This document shows, one piece after another, positions 1 through 8,880 of a stretch of DNA of 64,000 nt (position 1 is the first letter of the stretch; each line of letters starts with the position of its first letter). The DNA comes from an uncultured Alphaproteobacteria bacterium (GTDB lineage Bacteria > Pseudomonadota > Alphaproteobacteria > CAAHEQ01 > UBA3637): contig CALXWZ010000004.1 in assembly GCA_944392555.1 (NCBI GenBank), forward strand, positions 26,525-90,524, written 5' to 3'. A model generated the notes under the pieces. It did no database searches. It worked only from the letters and a program-made list of their open reading frames with translations, and was not told the origin of the DNA. Both the position numbers and the translations under genes were made by a program.

Positions 1-10
1 TGATTTTGAT

Positions 11-784
11 ATGAATAAATGGAAAGAACTGTCAGATATAGAAACTGGCAGCCTTTGGATTATTGACAAACGTGATAATTCTGGCAAGCATAGTGGTTTT
101 TACCATGGTAATTTTGTTCCTCAAATACCGAGGCAATTAATCAAGCGTTATACAAAAAAAGATGAAATTGTTTTAGATGCGTTCATGGGTAGTGGCACGA
201 CTGCTTATGAATGTGAGACGCTTCATAGAAATTTTATTGGAATCGATATAAAACCAGAAATGGTAGATTATGTAAATAAACAACTTTTAGACAATACCAA
301 AAATTCTTTTTTTTGTATTACGGGTGATAGTAGTGAAGCTGCAGTCTATGAAAAAATTAACGATCACCTTCTATCCATTAATAAATCGAAGGTTCAATTA
401 GTTATTTTACACCCCCCTTACTTTGATATTTTAAAATTTAGCGATAAAAAGAACGATTTATCAAATGCGCCTAATCTATCAAAATTTTTAGAATTATTCG
501 GTAAAGTTGTCCAAAACACATCTTGCATCTTAGAACAAAATCGATATTTAGCTATCGTTATTGGTGATAAATATGCAAATAGTGAGTGGATTCCACTAGG
601 TTTTTATTGTATGCAAGAAGCAATGAAAGCGGGCTTAACACTCAAAAGTATTATTGTAAAAAATATGGAAGGTAATAGAGCCAAACAGGGGAAAAATGAT
701 ATTTGGCGTTATAGGGCACTGAACAGCGATTATTATATTTTTAAACACGAGTATATTCTATTATTTAAGAAAAAGGGGAAGTAG
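11..784 (+). CDS. DNA amino-methyltransferase (N4-C/N6-A type) with HPPY catalytic motif
   Basis: FVPQIPRQLIKRYT, SAM-binding motif I DAFMGSGTT and motif IV variant ILHPPY. Confidence 0.85.
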   Translation: MNKWKELSDIETGSLWIIDKRDNSGKHSGFYHGNFVPQIPRQLIKRYTKKDEIVLDAFMGSGTTAYECETLHRNFIGIDIKPEMVDYVNKQLLDNTKNSFFCITGDSSEAAVYEKINDHLLSINKSKVQLVILHPPYFDILKFSDKKNDLSNAPNLSKFLELFGKVVQNTSCILEQNRYLAIVIGDKYANSEWIPLGFYCMQEAMKAGLTLKSIIVKNMEGNRAKQGKNDIWRYRALNSDYYIFKHEYILLFKKKGK

Positions 785-785
785 T

Positions 786-1853
786 ATGAATTATATCGGA
801 AGTAAATTATCTTTATTACCATTTTTGGATGAAAGTATAAAAAAAGTTGTGAATTCTAATTCTTGCCACACTTTCTGTGATTTATTTGCAGGAACTGGTA
901 TTGTTGGTTCATATTTTAAACAAAAAGGTTATTCTATTATTGCAAATGATTTGCAATATTATAGTTATGTTCTAAATAAACATTATATTGAAAATCATAA
1001 ATATTTTGAATTTTCTGGTTTATTTAAGAGGATTCCAATATTAAAAAATTTACCAAAAGAAAAACGACATATTGAAGTTTGTAAATATTTATCGGATTTA
1101 CCTGGTAAAAAAGGATTTATTTATTGTAATTATGCACCAACTGGTTCAAAAGATTCAGATTTTGAAAGAATGTATTTTTCTGATGATAATGCTCAAAAAT
1201 GTGATAGTATTCGTTCTACAATAGAGGATTGGCGCAATAATAACGAAATTAATGATAAAGAATATTTTTTCTTAATTGCCAGTTTGTTGGAGGTTGTTGA
1301 TAAACATGCAAATACCGCCTCTGTTTATGGTGCATTTCTAAAAAACTTAAAATCTGCAGCTCAAAAAAAGTTTGATTTTGTGCCGGCTAAATTGATTATC
1401 AATGATCAAGAACACGCAGTTTATAATTCAAACGCAAATGAGTTGATTAAAAATATATCACCAGATATCTTATATTTGGATCCTCCTTATAATGAAAGAC
1501 AATATGCAAGCAATTATCATTTGTTAGAGACAATAGCAAAATATGATTCTCCAAAAATCAAAGGTAAAACTGGTTTAAGAGATTATAAAAATCAAAAATC
1601 AGATTATTGTTCGAAGGCTTCTGTAAAAAAAGCTTTTTCAGACTTAATTCAAAACGCACAATGTAAATACATATTCTTAAGTTATAACAACGAAGGATTA
1701 TTAAGTTTGGAGGATATAAAGGAAATTATGAGTAAAAAGGGAAAATATGGTTTTTTTACTCAAAGATATAACCGCTTTAAAGCAGATAAAAATAGAGACT
1801 ATTCTGCTGACAGCACGGTTGAATATCTGCATTATTGCGTTTGTCAGGCTTAG
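786..1853 (+). CDS. D12-class N6-adenine DNA methyltransferase (M.NlaIII/M.HpyI-like N-terminus)
   Basis: MNYIGSK start, DLFAGTG motif I, YLDPPY motif IV, LSYNNEG motif. Confidence 0.9.
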   Translation: MNYIGSKLSLLPFLDESIKKVVNSNSCHTFCDLFAGTGIVGSYFKQKGYSIIANDLQYYSYVLNKHYIENHKYFEFSGLFKRIPILKNLPKEKRHIEVCKYLSDLPGKKGFIYCNYAPTGSKDSDFERMYFSDDNAQKCDSIRSTIEDWRNNNEINDKEYFFLIASLLEVVDKHANTASVYGAFLKNLKSAAQKKFDFVPAKLIINDQEHAVYNSNANELIKNISPDILYLDPPYNERQYASNYHLLETIAKYDSPKIKGKTGLRDYKNQKSDYCSKASVKKAFSDLIQNAQCKYIFLSYNNEGLLSLEDIKEIMSKKGKYGFFTQRYNRFKADKNRDYSADSTVEYLHYCVCQA

Positions 1854-1971
1854 TTCTATAATTGTATCAGTTTTTAACCTCGGTTTTGATGAAATCGAGG
1901 TTATTTTTTACTTCTTGCCCTTGGGGCATGTTTTGAAAATACTGCAGTTCTTGATGAAATTTTTTATTTTC

Positions 1972-1999
1972 AGCCTTTGTATGTGTGTATGTAAAGGTT
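1972..1999 (+). repeat. 28-bp imperfect palindrome, copy 1 (AGCCTTTGTATGTGTGTATGTAAAGGTT)
   Basis: Matches the copies at 6496 and 10886 in both arms; the 6-bp core differs. Confidence 0.8.
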
Positions 2000-2165
2000 A
2001 AAATTGTCTTGAATTTCTACTTTTTACTAATAACTCTCTAATTTTTTGTAGAAAAAGGCTCAAAAAAGTAGAATTTTTCTAATTTTTTTGCGTTTGGGGG
2101 GCTCGCGAATGGCTAAAAACGCGATATAATATACCTATAACCAACGAAAAAGAAAGGATTTTATT

Positions 2166-2300
2166 ATGTATCAAATAAAAGTAAATGGAATTTTAATGCC
2201 AACAATTTATTGGTCTTTAAGAGAAGCAATAGAAGCTTGTCAACGTGAAGCCGAACGTGGTTGTGCAGTTATGACAGATATCATATCAGTTGAACAATAA
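2166..2300 (+). CDS. Small hypothetical protein, 44 aa (MYQIKVNGILMPTIYWSL...)
   Basis: Below the ORF-track cutoff. GAAAGGA ribosome-binding site upstream; first of a run of small co-oriented ORFs. Confidence 0.6.
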   Translation: MYQIKVNGILMPTIYWSLREAIEACQREAERGCAVMTDIISVEQ

Positions 2301-2323
2301 ATAAACAGAAAGGAGAAACGTTT

Positions 2324-2614
2324 ATGTTAAATCAATTTCAAGCTTACTTAGTCCAAAGAGGATATAGAGAATTTTCGATTAATGGCAATCCATCAACGGC
2401 TATTGATTATGCTTGGAGAGTTGCCAAAGTATGCGAAAAAGAAAATTATACTGTCAAGCAATTAGCTGATACTATCAACACTATTTTAGAACAATATGGT
2501 CATTGTGGTGATAAATGGACAATTGGCAGACGTAGCCATGAAAGCTATATCAATGCCTTAAAACAATTTAGAAAGTTTGCGTTAGTTCAACGTTTTGGAG
2601 GCGCCAATGCCTAA
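2324..2614 (+). CDS. Hypothetical protein (mobile-element type)
   Basis: GAAAGGAG RBS and 96-aa ORF overlapping the next gene. Confidence 0.7.
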   Translation: MLNQFQAYLVQRGYREFSINGNPSTAIDYAWRVAKVCEKENYTVKQLADTINTILEQYGHCGDKWTIGRRSHESYINALKQFRKFALVQRFGGANA

Positions 2615-2804
2615 ATATCCAGATATAATAGTTGAATTGATTGGTCAAGATTCAAATGCATTTAACATTCTTGGAATATGCAGACGGGCTATGATAAAAA
2701 ACAGATTGCCTCAATCTGAAATAGATACCTTTATGCAAGAAGCAACTTCCGGTTCTTATGATGATTTATTGGCAACTTGTATGAATTGGTTTAATGTGGA
2801 GTAG
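2607..2804 (+). CDS. Conserved small phage/mobile-element protein (LIGQDSNAFNILG...TSGSYDDLL type)
   Basis: GGAGG RBS before the ATG at 2607. The pattern resembles a widespread ~65-aa phage protein family. Confidence 0.75.
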   Translation: MPKYPDIIVELIGQDSNAFNILGICRRAMIKNRLPQSEIDTFMQEATSGSYDDLLATCMNWFNVE

Positions 2805-2813
2805 AATACGTCA

Positions 2814-3137
2814 ATGAATACAGAAAAAATAAAACAATTAAATGATACATTGCGTAAAACATTTATTGGTGGACGTGTTATGCTAACAACAGGCATTAGA
2901 GCCAAATCAGCAGAAGACCAAGCCGAAATATTGCAAAAAGTCCGTTCCTTTAATGAATTTACAAAAGCAAATGATCCATACGCTGAGCATGATTATGGAA
3001 GATTTACGCATAACGGTGAAGATATTATGTTTAAAATAGACTATTACAATAAAACTTATGACAGAATGTCTGATGATCCAAGCAATCCAGAAATAACAAA
3101 TAGAATTATGACAATCATGTGTTCTGATGAGTACTAA
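2814..3137 (+). CDS. DUF3768-like protein
   Basis: LNDTLR, NDPYAEHDYG, FKIDYY and RIMTIMCSDEY C-terminus typical of DUF3768. Confidence 0.85.
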   Translation: MNTEKIKQLNDTLRKTFIGGRVMLTTGIRAKSAEDQAEILQKVRSFNEFTKANDPYAEHDYGRFTHNGEDIMFKIDYYNKTYDRMSDDPSNPEITNRIMTIMCSDEY

Positions 3138-3150
3138 ATAAAATTTGAAA

Positions 3151-3179
3151 TTGATTTTTTATAAAAAATTGTCTATAAT
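3151..3179 (+). promoter_or_regulatory. Sigma70-type promoter of the ATPase-nuclease gene
   Basis: TTGATT-17 bp-TATAAT. Confidence 0.55.
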
Positions 3180-3216
3180 ACATTCTTATTGCAACAGTTT
3201 AAATGGAACAAGTATT

Positions 3217-5382
3217 ATGTCAACACATAAACAAATTATAGGAATTAACGATACATTTAATCTTATTAAAAAGTCAGTTGAGCCTCTTTCTCCACTAAAA
3301 GAAGCAATTACAAATTCATTAGATTCAATAAAAGAACGAAGAAAAATTGATTGTGATTTTAAAGCAAAAATCGATGTTGAATTCTTTTTTAAATCTGGAT
3401 TTGATTTAATAAATGAAAAGGAAGTTTGTCTAGATTCTATAAAAATAACGGATAATGGAAAGGGATTTTATAAAGAAGCCTTAGAGCGCTTTAAAAGTTT
3501 AGCTGATAGAGGCAAATGCTATAATAATCGAGGAACTGGAAAAATTCAAATTTTTCATAGATTTAAAGAAATTTTCGTGGATAGTTTTTTTTATGAAGAA
3601 ACCCAAAAAAAACGCTTAAAATTATCTTATGATATAACTGATCAATTGCAAGAAACCATAGAAAATGATTCTTCAACTGATTTTTTTACATCTGTTTATC
3701 TTAGAAAGTTTTATGGAGATATTAACGATATAACTTATTATAGTAGATTATATGAAAATAACTTATTGATAAAACAAGATTTGTTGAAAAGTTTAATTTT
3801 ATATTTGTTTTTAGAAAAAGAAACTGGATTAACCATAAATATAAAAGTATTTGATAACAAGAAAGAAATTTTTTCTGATTGTTTGTCATCAGACGATATT
3901 CCCGAACCAGATAAAGAAGAAAAAGTAAATATTAATGAAGTATCTCTAGCTGATATTAATAAAGATTCAAAAAAAGAAACAATAGAGTGGAAAACTATTG
4001 GACAAACAGAATTAACTTTACGTCGTTTTAAATTACCTTTATCATATTCAGATGAAAATGGCGTTTTTTTATGCAGTAAAAATATTTTAATTGAAAAATA
4101 CAAATTTCCAATTCTACGTAAAAATACAAATTTTAATGGATTTCGTTATTTAACTAGTGTTAGTGGAAGTATATTAGATGAACATGTAAAACATACGGTT
4201 GATGGTTTTACGTTTCCAAAGAAAAAAGATATTGAAGATAAAATAACACAACGAGATTTATTTAATAATTCGTATATTTTTATTGACGAGATCGAAGAAA
4301 AACTAAATCAGAAGTTAAATCATATGTATTCTGATTTACAAAATTTAAGCGAAGAAAAAGAACAAAATATTATCAATATTGCAAAACGATATGGAATTAA
4401 TACAGATTTGGCAAAAACTATAAATGCGGGGTTAAATGATTCAGATGATGAGATTACAAAAAAACTTTTTGAAGCTCAATCGAAGGTTTTTGCAAAAAAA
4501 AGCATAGAAATTCAAAAAACATATGATGAATTAGCAAAACTAGAGGGGGTTAATTTTGATCCGTCAGATAGCGAATACGAAAAAAAATTTTTTGAAACAT
4601 CCTCTAAATTAATGGAATTAATCCCAGAGCAGAATAAGGATGAATTAGCCAGATATGTAATTCGTCGTGATATGCTGGTACGGTTATTAAAATTAGCTCT
4701 AAAGAATGAACTAGAAAAACAAAAACAATGGAAAGAACGAAAAGAAAAAGGTGAAAAAGTTCGAGAGGAGCAAGAGGGGTTAATTCATGATTTAATTTTT
4801 AAACGAAAAGCAAAAAATACTTTAAATGATTTATGGATATTAAACGAAGAGTTTTCTCATTTTCAAGGTTTATCTGATTTGCCATTAAATGAACTTGAAG
4901 TGAATAGTAAAAAATTATTAAAAAAAGACATAGATATTGAACAAGCCATGACTTCTGTTGGGTTAAGTTTGGGCTCCCGTCTAGAAAAGAGACCTGATAT
5001 TTTTCTATACCCAGAGGAAGGAAAGTGCATCCTTATAGAGTTTAAAGCTCCAGAGGTTGATTTAACAAAGCATTTGGATCAAATTTCCAAGTATGCCAAA
5101 TTAATTGCTAATTATTCTGAAGAAAAAATAACCCAATTCTATGGCTTTTTGATTGGCGAAAATATAAATCAAATTGATGTTCCTGATAGATACAGAAAAT
5201 CATTCTATAATGGTTATTGGTTCTATCCTGATGAACCGATAGCTTCTGTTGTAGATGGTATATCTATAGCAAATATATATCAAGAAATAATCCCTCTTTC
5301 TACCATCGCAAAGCGAGCATTTATTCGAAATAAAAGTTTTTCAGATAAGTTAGGTATCACTATTGAAAATAACAATTTTTAA
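3217..5382 (+). CDS. GHKL (MORC/HATPase-like) ATPase fused to a C-terminal PD-(D/E)xK nuclease; candidate defence protein
   Basis: EAITNSLDS (N box), ITDNGKGF (G1 box), RGTGK (G2 box), central coiled region, and C-terminal RPDI...ILIEFK...QISKY. The ATG at 3217 is preferred over the TTG at 3145. Confidence 0.8.
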   Translation: MSTHKQIIGINDTFNLIKKSVEPLSPLKEAITNSLDSIKERRKIDCDFKAKIDVEFFFKSGFDLINEKEVCLDSIKITDNGKGFYKEALERFKSLADRGKCYNNRGTGKIQIFHRFKEIFVDSFFYEETQKKRLKLSYDITDQLQETIENDSSTDFFTSVYLRKFYGDINDITYYSRLYENNLLIKQDLLKSLILYLFLEKETGLTINIKVFDNKKEIFSDCLSSDDIPEPDKEEKVNINEVSLADINKDSKKETIEWKTIGQTELTLRRFKLPLSYSDENGVFLCSKNILIEKYKFPILRKNTNFNGFRYLTSVSGSILDEHVKHTVDGFTFPKKKDIEDKITQRDLFNNSYIFIDEIEEKLNQKLNHMYSDLQNLSEEKEQNIINIAKRYGINTDLAKTINAGLNDSDDEITKKLFEAQSKVFAKKSIEIQKTYDELAKLEGVNFDPSDSEYEKKFFETSSKLMELIPEQNKDELARYVIRRDMLVRLLKLALKNELEKQKQWKERKEKGEKVREEQEGLIHDLIFKRKAKNTLNDLWILNEEFSHFQGLSDLPLNELEVNSKKLLKKDIDIEQAMTSVGLSLGSRLEKRPDIFLYPEEGKCILIEFKAPEVDLTKHLDQISKYAKLIANYSEEKITQFYGFLIGENINQIDVPDRYRKSFYNGYWFYPDEPIASVVDGISIANIYQEIIPLSTIAKRAFIRNKSFSDKLGITIENNNF

Positions 5383-5398
5383 TACTATAAACTCACAT

Positions 5399-5476
5399 AA
5401 ATCGCCATACGTCAGCGTTTTTGTTTTAGTATAGGCAAGTTAGTCAAAGAGCTGTGTTGCTTGCGTATGGCGATTT
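5399..5476. repeat. Long hairpin with 13-bp perfect inverted repeat AAATCGCCATACG / CGTATGGCGATTT
   Basis: Arms at 5399-5411 and 5464-5476, between convergent genes. Confidence 0.75.
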
Positions 5477-5609
5477 GGGATAGCTTTATGCTTGTGTTAT
5501 GAAAAAGGCTTAGAATTATTTGCTCATCATTTACAGATAAAATGCTTTTTCGTCAGCTTTCTTCAAAAAATGGACTGATTACTATTTCTCTCATATAGTA
5601 AATAAAAAT

Positions 5610-6197
5610 TTATGGAGCAGATAAAAACCATTCACGTATGCATTCATGTTTATTATACTGATTAAAATGACGGATAGGTTTCTGAAAATCTTTGCTCGTA
5701 AATATTCTGCTGGGTCTAAAACGTCTGTCTTTTTCTGATTTCACAAACTCTTTATCACCATAACACCAGAGTTGCTTCATATCTAATGGCTGTCCGGTTA
5801 TATCTATTAAAGTTTTATCTCTTACATCGGATATGTAATAGTAATATAGCATTAAATGATTGAGCATAAACTCATAAAAGTATTGAACCTTGTCTTTAGG
5901 TAGGTCTATTAAAATATGTAAATGTGGTGTGCTTTCATCTATATCTCTGTTCTTGCTATGCTCTAAGAATACGATCATCTTATATTGTTTTTCAGGATGT
6001 TTGTTGTATCTTTTACCAAGAGTTTTGGAATAATATTTTCCCAGTCCTTCTTTAAAACGATATGCAAGATTCTGTTCAGAGATATTTGTTTGTCCAGGAT
6101 TAAAGGTAATGAACGTATTAGGTACAAAGCCATTTTCATATAACCGTTTAATTATCTTTTCTTGTTCTGGACTTGATATTTCAACAATATTGCGCAT
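5610..6197 (-). CDS. Putative HUH-superfamily endonuclease (rolling-circle Rep-like)
   Basis: FITF (motif I-like), FLE...PHLHILI (HUH) and downstream YGDKE (YxxK-like). Confidence 0.55.
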   Translation of the reverse strand: MRNIVEISSPEQEKIIKRLYENGFVPNTFITFNPGQTNISEQNLAYRFKEGLGKYYSKTLGKRYNKHPEKQYKMIVFLEHSKNRDIDESTPHLHILIDLPKDKVQYFYEFMLNHLMLYYYYISDVRDKTLIDITGQPLDMKQLWCYGDKEFVKSEKDRRFRPSRIFTSKDFQKPIRHFNQYNKHECIREWFLSAP

Positions 6198-6495
6198 TTC
6201 ATTGTCTCCTTTTTTAAGTGAAGAGAGGGTATACTTATGAATAGATAAAGGAGAAGTCTCGCTTTACCTGTACGCCTTTTTCAGAATCTAAACAGGAAGA
6301 AACCTTCAACTATTTTCAAGCAATTCTTCAAAATTCGATACCATTCATACTTTTTATAGAACATTTTGTTTTTAAAATTTAAAGCGATAGGAACTTACTT
6401 TTTACAATAATGCCTTGAAAACCGTTTTAACATGTCGTGAATCATCAGAAATGTAAAACCGTTTTTTGTGTTTGAGATGTTTTTTTTCATTTTCC

Positions 6496-6523
6496 AACCT
6501 TTGTACATACGTAGGTAAAGGTT
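6496..6523 (+). repeat. 28-bp imperfect palindrome, copy 2 (AACCTTTGTACATACGTAGGTAAAGGTT)
   Basis: Same arms and orientation as copies 1 and 3. Confidence 0.8.
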
Positions 6524-6570
6524 AATCATTGTATGCATTAAGTCAGAAGTTAAATAAAAAAAGAGGCGGC

Positions 6571-8676
6571 TTATGCCACCTCTTCATTCTCGTTTTTTTC
6601 TTCCTTTTGTTCAATTTTAATCAGATTTTTTCGATGAGGCAAAGGAATTGTTTCCATGATTCTTTCCAACATGCGAGGTAAAAAAATCTCTCCCATCACT
6701 GTCCAAATAAAGTTTTCATATTTCTTATCTTCAAACTTTTTAGGAATTGTGTAATCTTCGGGAAGAGTATTTAATAAAAATGTCTCTCGTAAAGTACAAC
6801 AACGAGGATCCGAATAGGTTCCATCTGGTTTAAGTCTTCCAGGATGGATGGTGCGTAAACCTAATGCTTGATTTGACCCACCTTCAATTGTGCTCCAAGG
6901 CTTATTCCAAGAATTTCTAGAACACTTCGCACCGAAAAAACCATAGCCGGGAATTTGATATTCTGGTGGATTATCAGCAACACAACAACCCGGGGCTGTA
7001 TGAATCAAAGCATTATAGATTTCGGCCGCTAATTCAGGATTTTTATTTGATAAAAGAGGTGCTTTATCATAACCAGTTCCCTCACCAGGTTCAAGTGACG
7101 GTAAATGACCAATCACTTGCCAAGGTAATACAGCATGATCATCTTTTTTAGGAAATGGCCATACCCCGGTTTGGGATGCTAACACAATGGATCTAACGCG
7201 CGATTGAGGGTAGCCATAAAAACAAGCGTCTTCATTTGCAAAATTAATATCATAATTTTCAGAAGTTAATTCATCTTTAATATATTGTCCAATGGTTTTA
7301 CCTTTTAATGCAATACGTAAATTTTTGGCTGGTTTTCCATCATTTTTTGTATTTTTTGGCATTGAGAAGTTTAAGAACTGTTTGGCATTTTCAATAACAA
7401 TATATTTGGGTTTGACCTCCTTAATAAACTTAATCAGCCAAACAATCAAATCCAATCTGGGATCCTTCAAAAAGCCTTTGCCTTTTTGTGCGCAGAAAAT
7501 TTGACAAGGTGGACAGGCCAAAATCAGTTGACAGTTTCTTTTTTTAAATTCATCAACCAGTTCATCAAAGTGATCTTGAAATTTGCCTTGAAACATTTTG
7601 CAGTCCTCCTCGCCCAATTCTTTCATTTTTAAAGAGAAGTATTCTGCCCGTTTTTCATCAGCTTCATTGGCTAAGACACATTTAAAACCGCGTGATTTTA
7701 AATAATATTCACCAGACCCAATGCAAGAAAAAATTGAACAATAAGGTATATCTTCTTCCGTAATTCTACCCAATAAGTCATCATGAGAAACTGCAGAAAA
7801 AGAAGTGTCCAGTTCAAATGCATCTTTACATTCTTTTTCAACTTTAGAACTTTCTTTGTTCAAAAATGATAATGCGTGTCGTCTGGAAGGAACTTCGTTG
7901 TTTGCAATTGCATAGTTCATTTCAAGTTCAATCACTTCATCACTTAAACGTACTAAGTCACGTGCTTGGTTATAAGTAAGCCCGTAATCTTCATCTAAAA
8001 TTTGTCTTTTAGTGCGAATTTCTTCAAAGACTTCTTTAAAAGGACGCTTTACCTTTTTTTTATCTTCATTTTTGTCCTTATCTTTACTTTTGTCAGCCTC
8101 TTTGCCCTTTTCTTTTTCTTTTAAATCGCTTCTAACACCTTCTTGTGTCGCAATTTTTTGGAGTTCTTTACCTAATCTCGCTTCTGCTTTAAGCCAGAGA
8201 TATGCATATAATTGAGCTTTTTGCAAAAAGAATTTCTGTGCAGTTGGTGGCAGTTTTTTCATTTTTGAGAAGCTCTCAGCAGTTTTTGAGATTCCTTGTT
8301 GACAACGAATAAATTGTTGTAATTTAATCGAATCAGTTGGAATATATACAGCTTTTGGATTGTTTTCACAAATCATTTCAAGCTGGTCTTTAGGTAAATC
8401 AAATTGATCAACAATAGCGTCAATATCGATAAACAATTCTTCTTGTGATGGAATTGGAACTACTGCACATTCATTTGGTTTGTTAGGATTGTCTGGGATA
8501 TTGTCATTCGCATGCTCCTGTACATCAATTTCCGAAGCCTTCATAACGTTAATTTCAGTATACTCGGCTTCAATAATTTCTTGATGTGTTTTAGTTTGAA
8601 CGGTTTCACCATTCACGACTTGTTTTGTATTTTCTGCCAAGACATTGTCATTGGCGATTTTTCTAATTTTTTTCAT
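6571..8676 (-). CDS. DNA (cytosine-5) methyltransferase with ~300-aa N-terminal extension
   Basis: SIFSCIG (motif I variant), ANE (motif II), PPCQ (catalytic motif IV), IENA (motif VI), PQSRVR (motif VIII), RCCTLRE (motif IX), MGE (motif X variant). Confidence 0.85.
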   Translation of the reverse strand: MKKIRKIANDNVLAENTKQVVNGETVQTKTHQEIIEAEYTEINVMKASEIDVQEHANDNIPDNPNKPNECAVVPIPSQEELFIDIDAIVDQFDLPKDQLEMICENNPKAVYIPTDSIKLQQFIRCQQGISKTAESFSKMKKLPPTAQKFFLQKAQLYAYLWLKAEARLGKELQKIATQEGVRSDLKEKEKGKEADKSKDKDKNEDKKKVKRPFKEVFEEIRTKRQILDEDYGLTYNQARDLVRLSDEVIELEMNYAIANNEVPSRRHALSFLNKESSKVEKECKDAFELDTSFSAVSHDDLLGRITEEDIPYCSIFSCIGSGEYYLKSRGFKCVLANEADEKRAEYFSLKMKELGEEDCKMFQGKFQDHFDELVDEFKKRNCQLILACPPCQIFCAQKGKGFLKDPRLDLIVWLIKFIKEVKPKYIVIENAKQFLNFSMPKNTKNDGKPAKNLRIALKGKTIGQYIKDELTSENYDINFANEDACFYGYPQSRVRSIVLASQTGVWPFPKKDDHAVLPWQVIGHLPSLEPGEGTGYDKAPLLSNKNPELAAEIYNALIHTAPGCCVADNPPEYQIPGYGFFGAKCSRNSWNKPWSTIEGGSNQALGLRTIHPGRLKPDGTYSDPRCCTLRETFLLNTLPEDYTIPKKFEDKKYENFIWTVMGEIFLPRMLERIMETIPLPHRKNLIKIEQKEEKNENEEVA

Positions 8677-8880
8677 GTTTTATTTTCCTTTATTTAAATT
8701 TGCGTTCCTTTCGAAACACAACTTTCCCAACTTGAGAAAGTGGAGTGAATATAGCACAGGATTAAAATTAGTCAAATTTATTGACGACATTTTGCGACAC
8801 ACAATAGTCATAATAACATATTGATAAATAAGTATTACTAATGGGTATTGATAAAGTATATATGTTTTATTCTTCTAGCT

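Noticed and set aside
2012-2075. AATTTCTACT, the start of the Cas12a direct repeat
   Set aside because: Single occurrence in AT-rich DNA, not followed by the GTAGAT stem, with no repeat-spacer periodicity and no cas genes.
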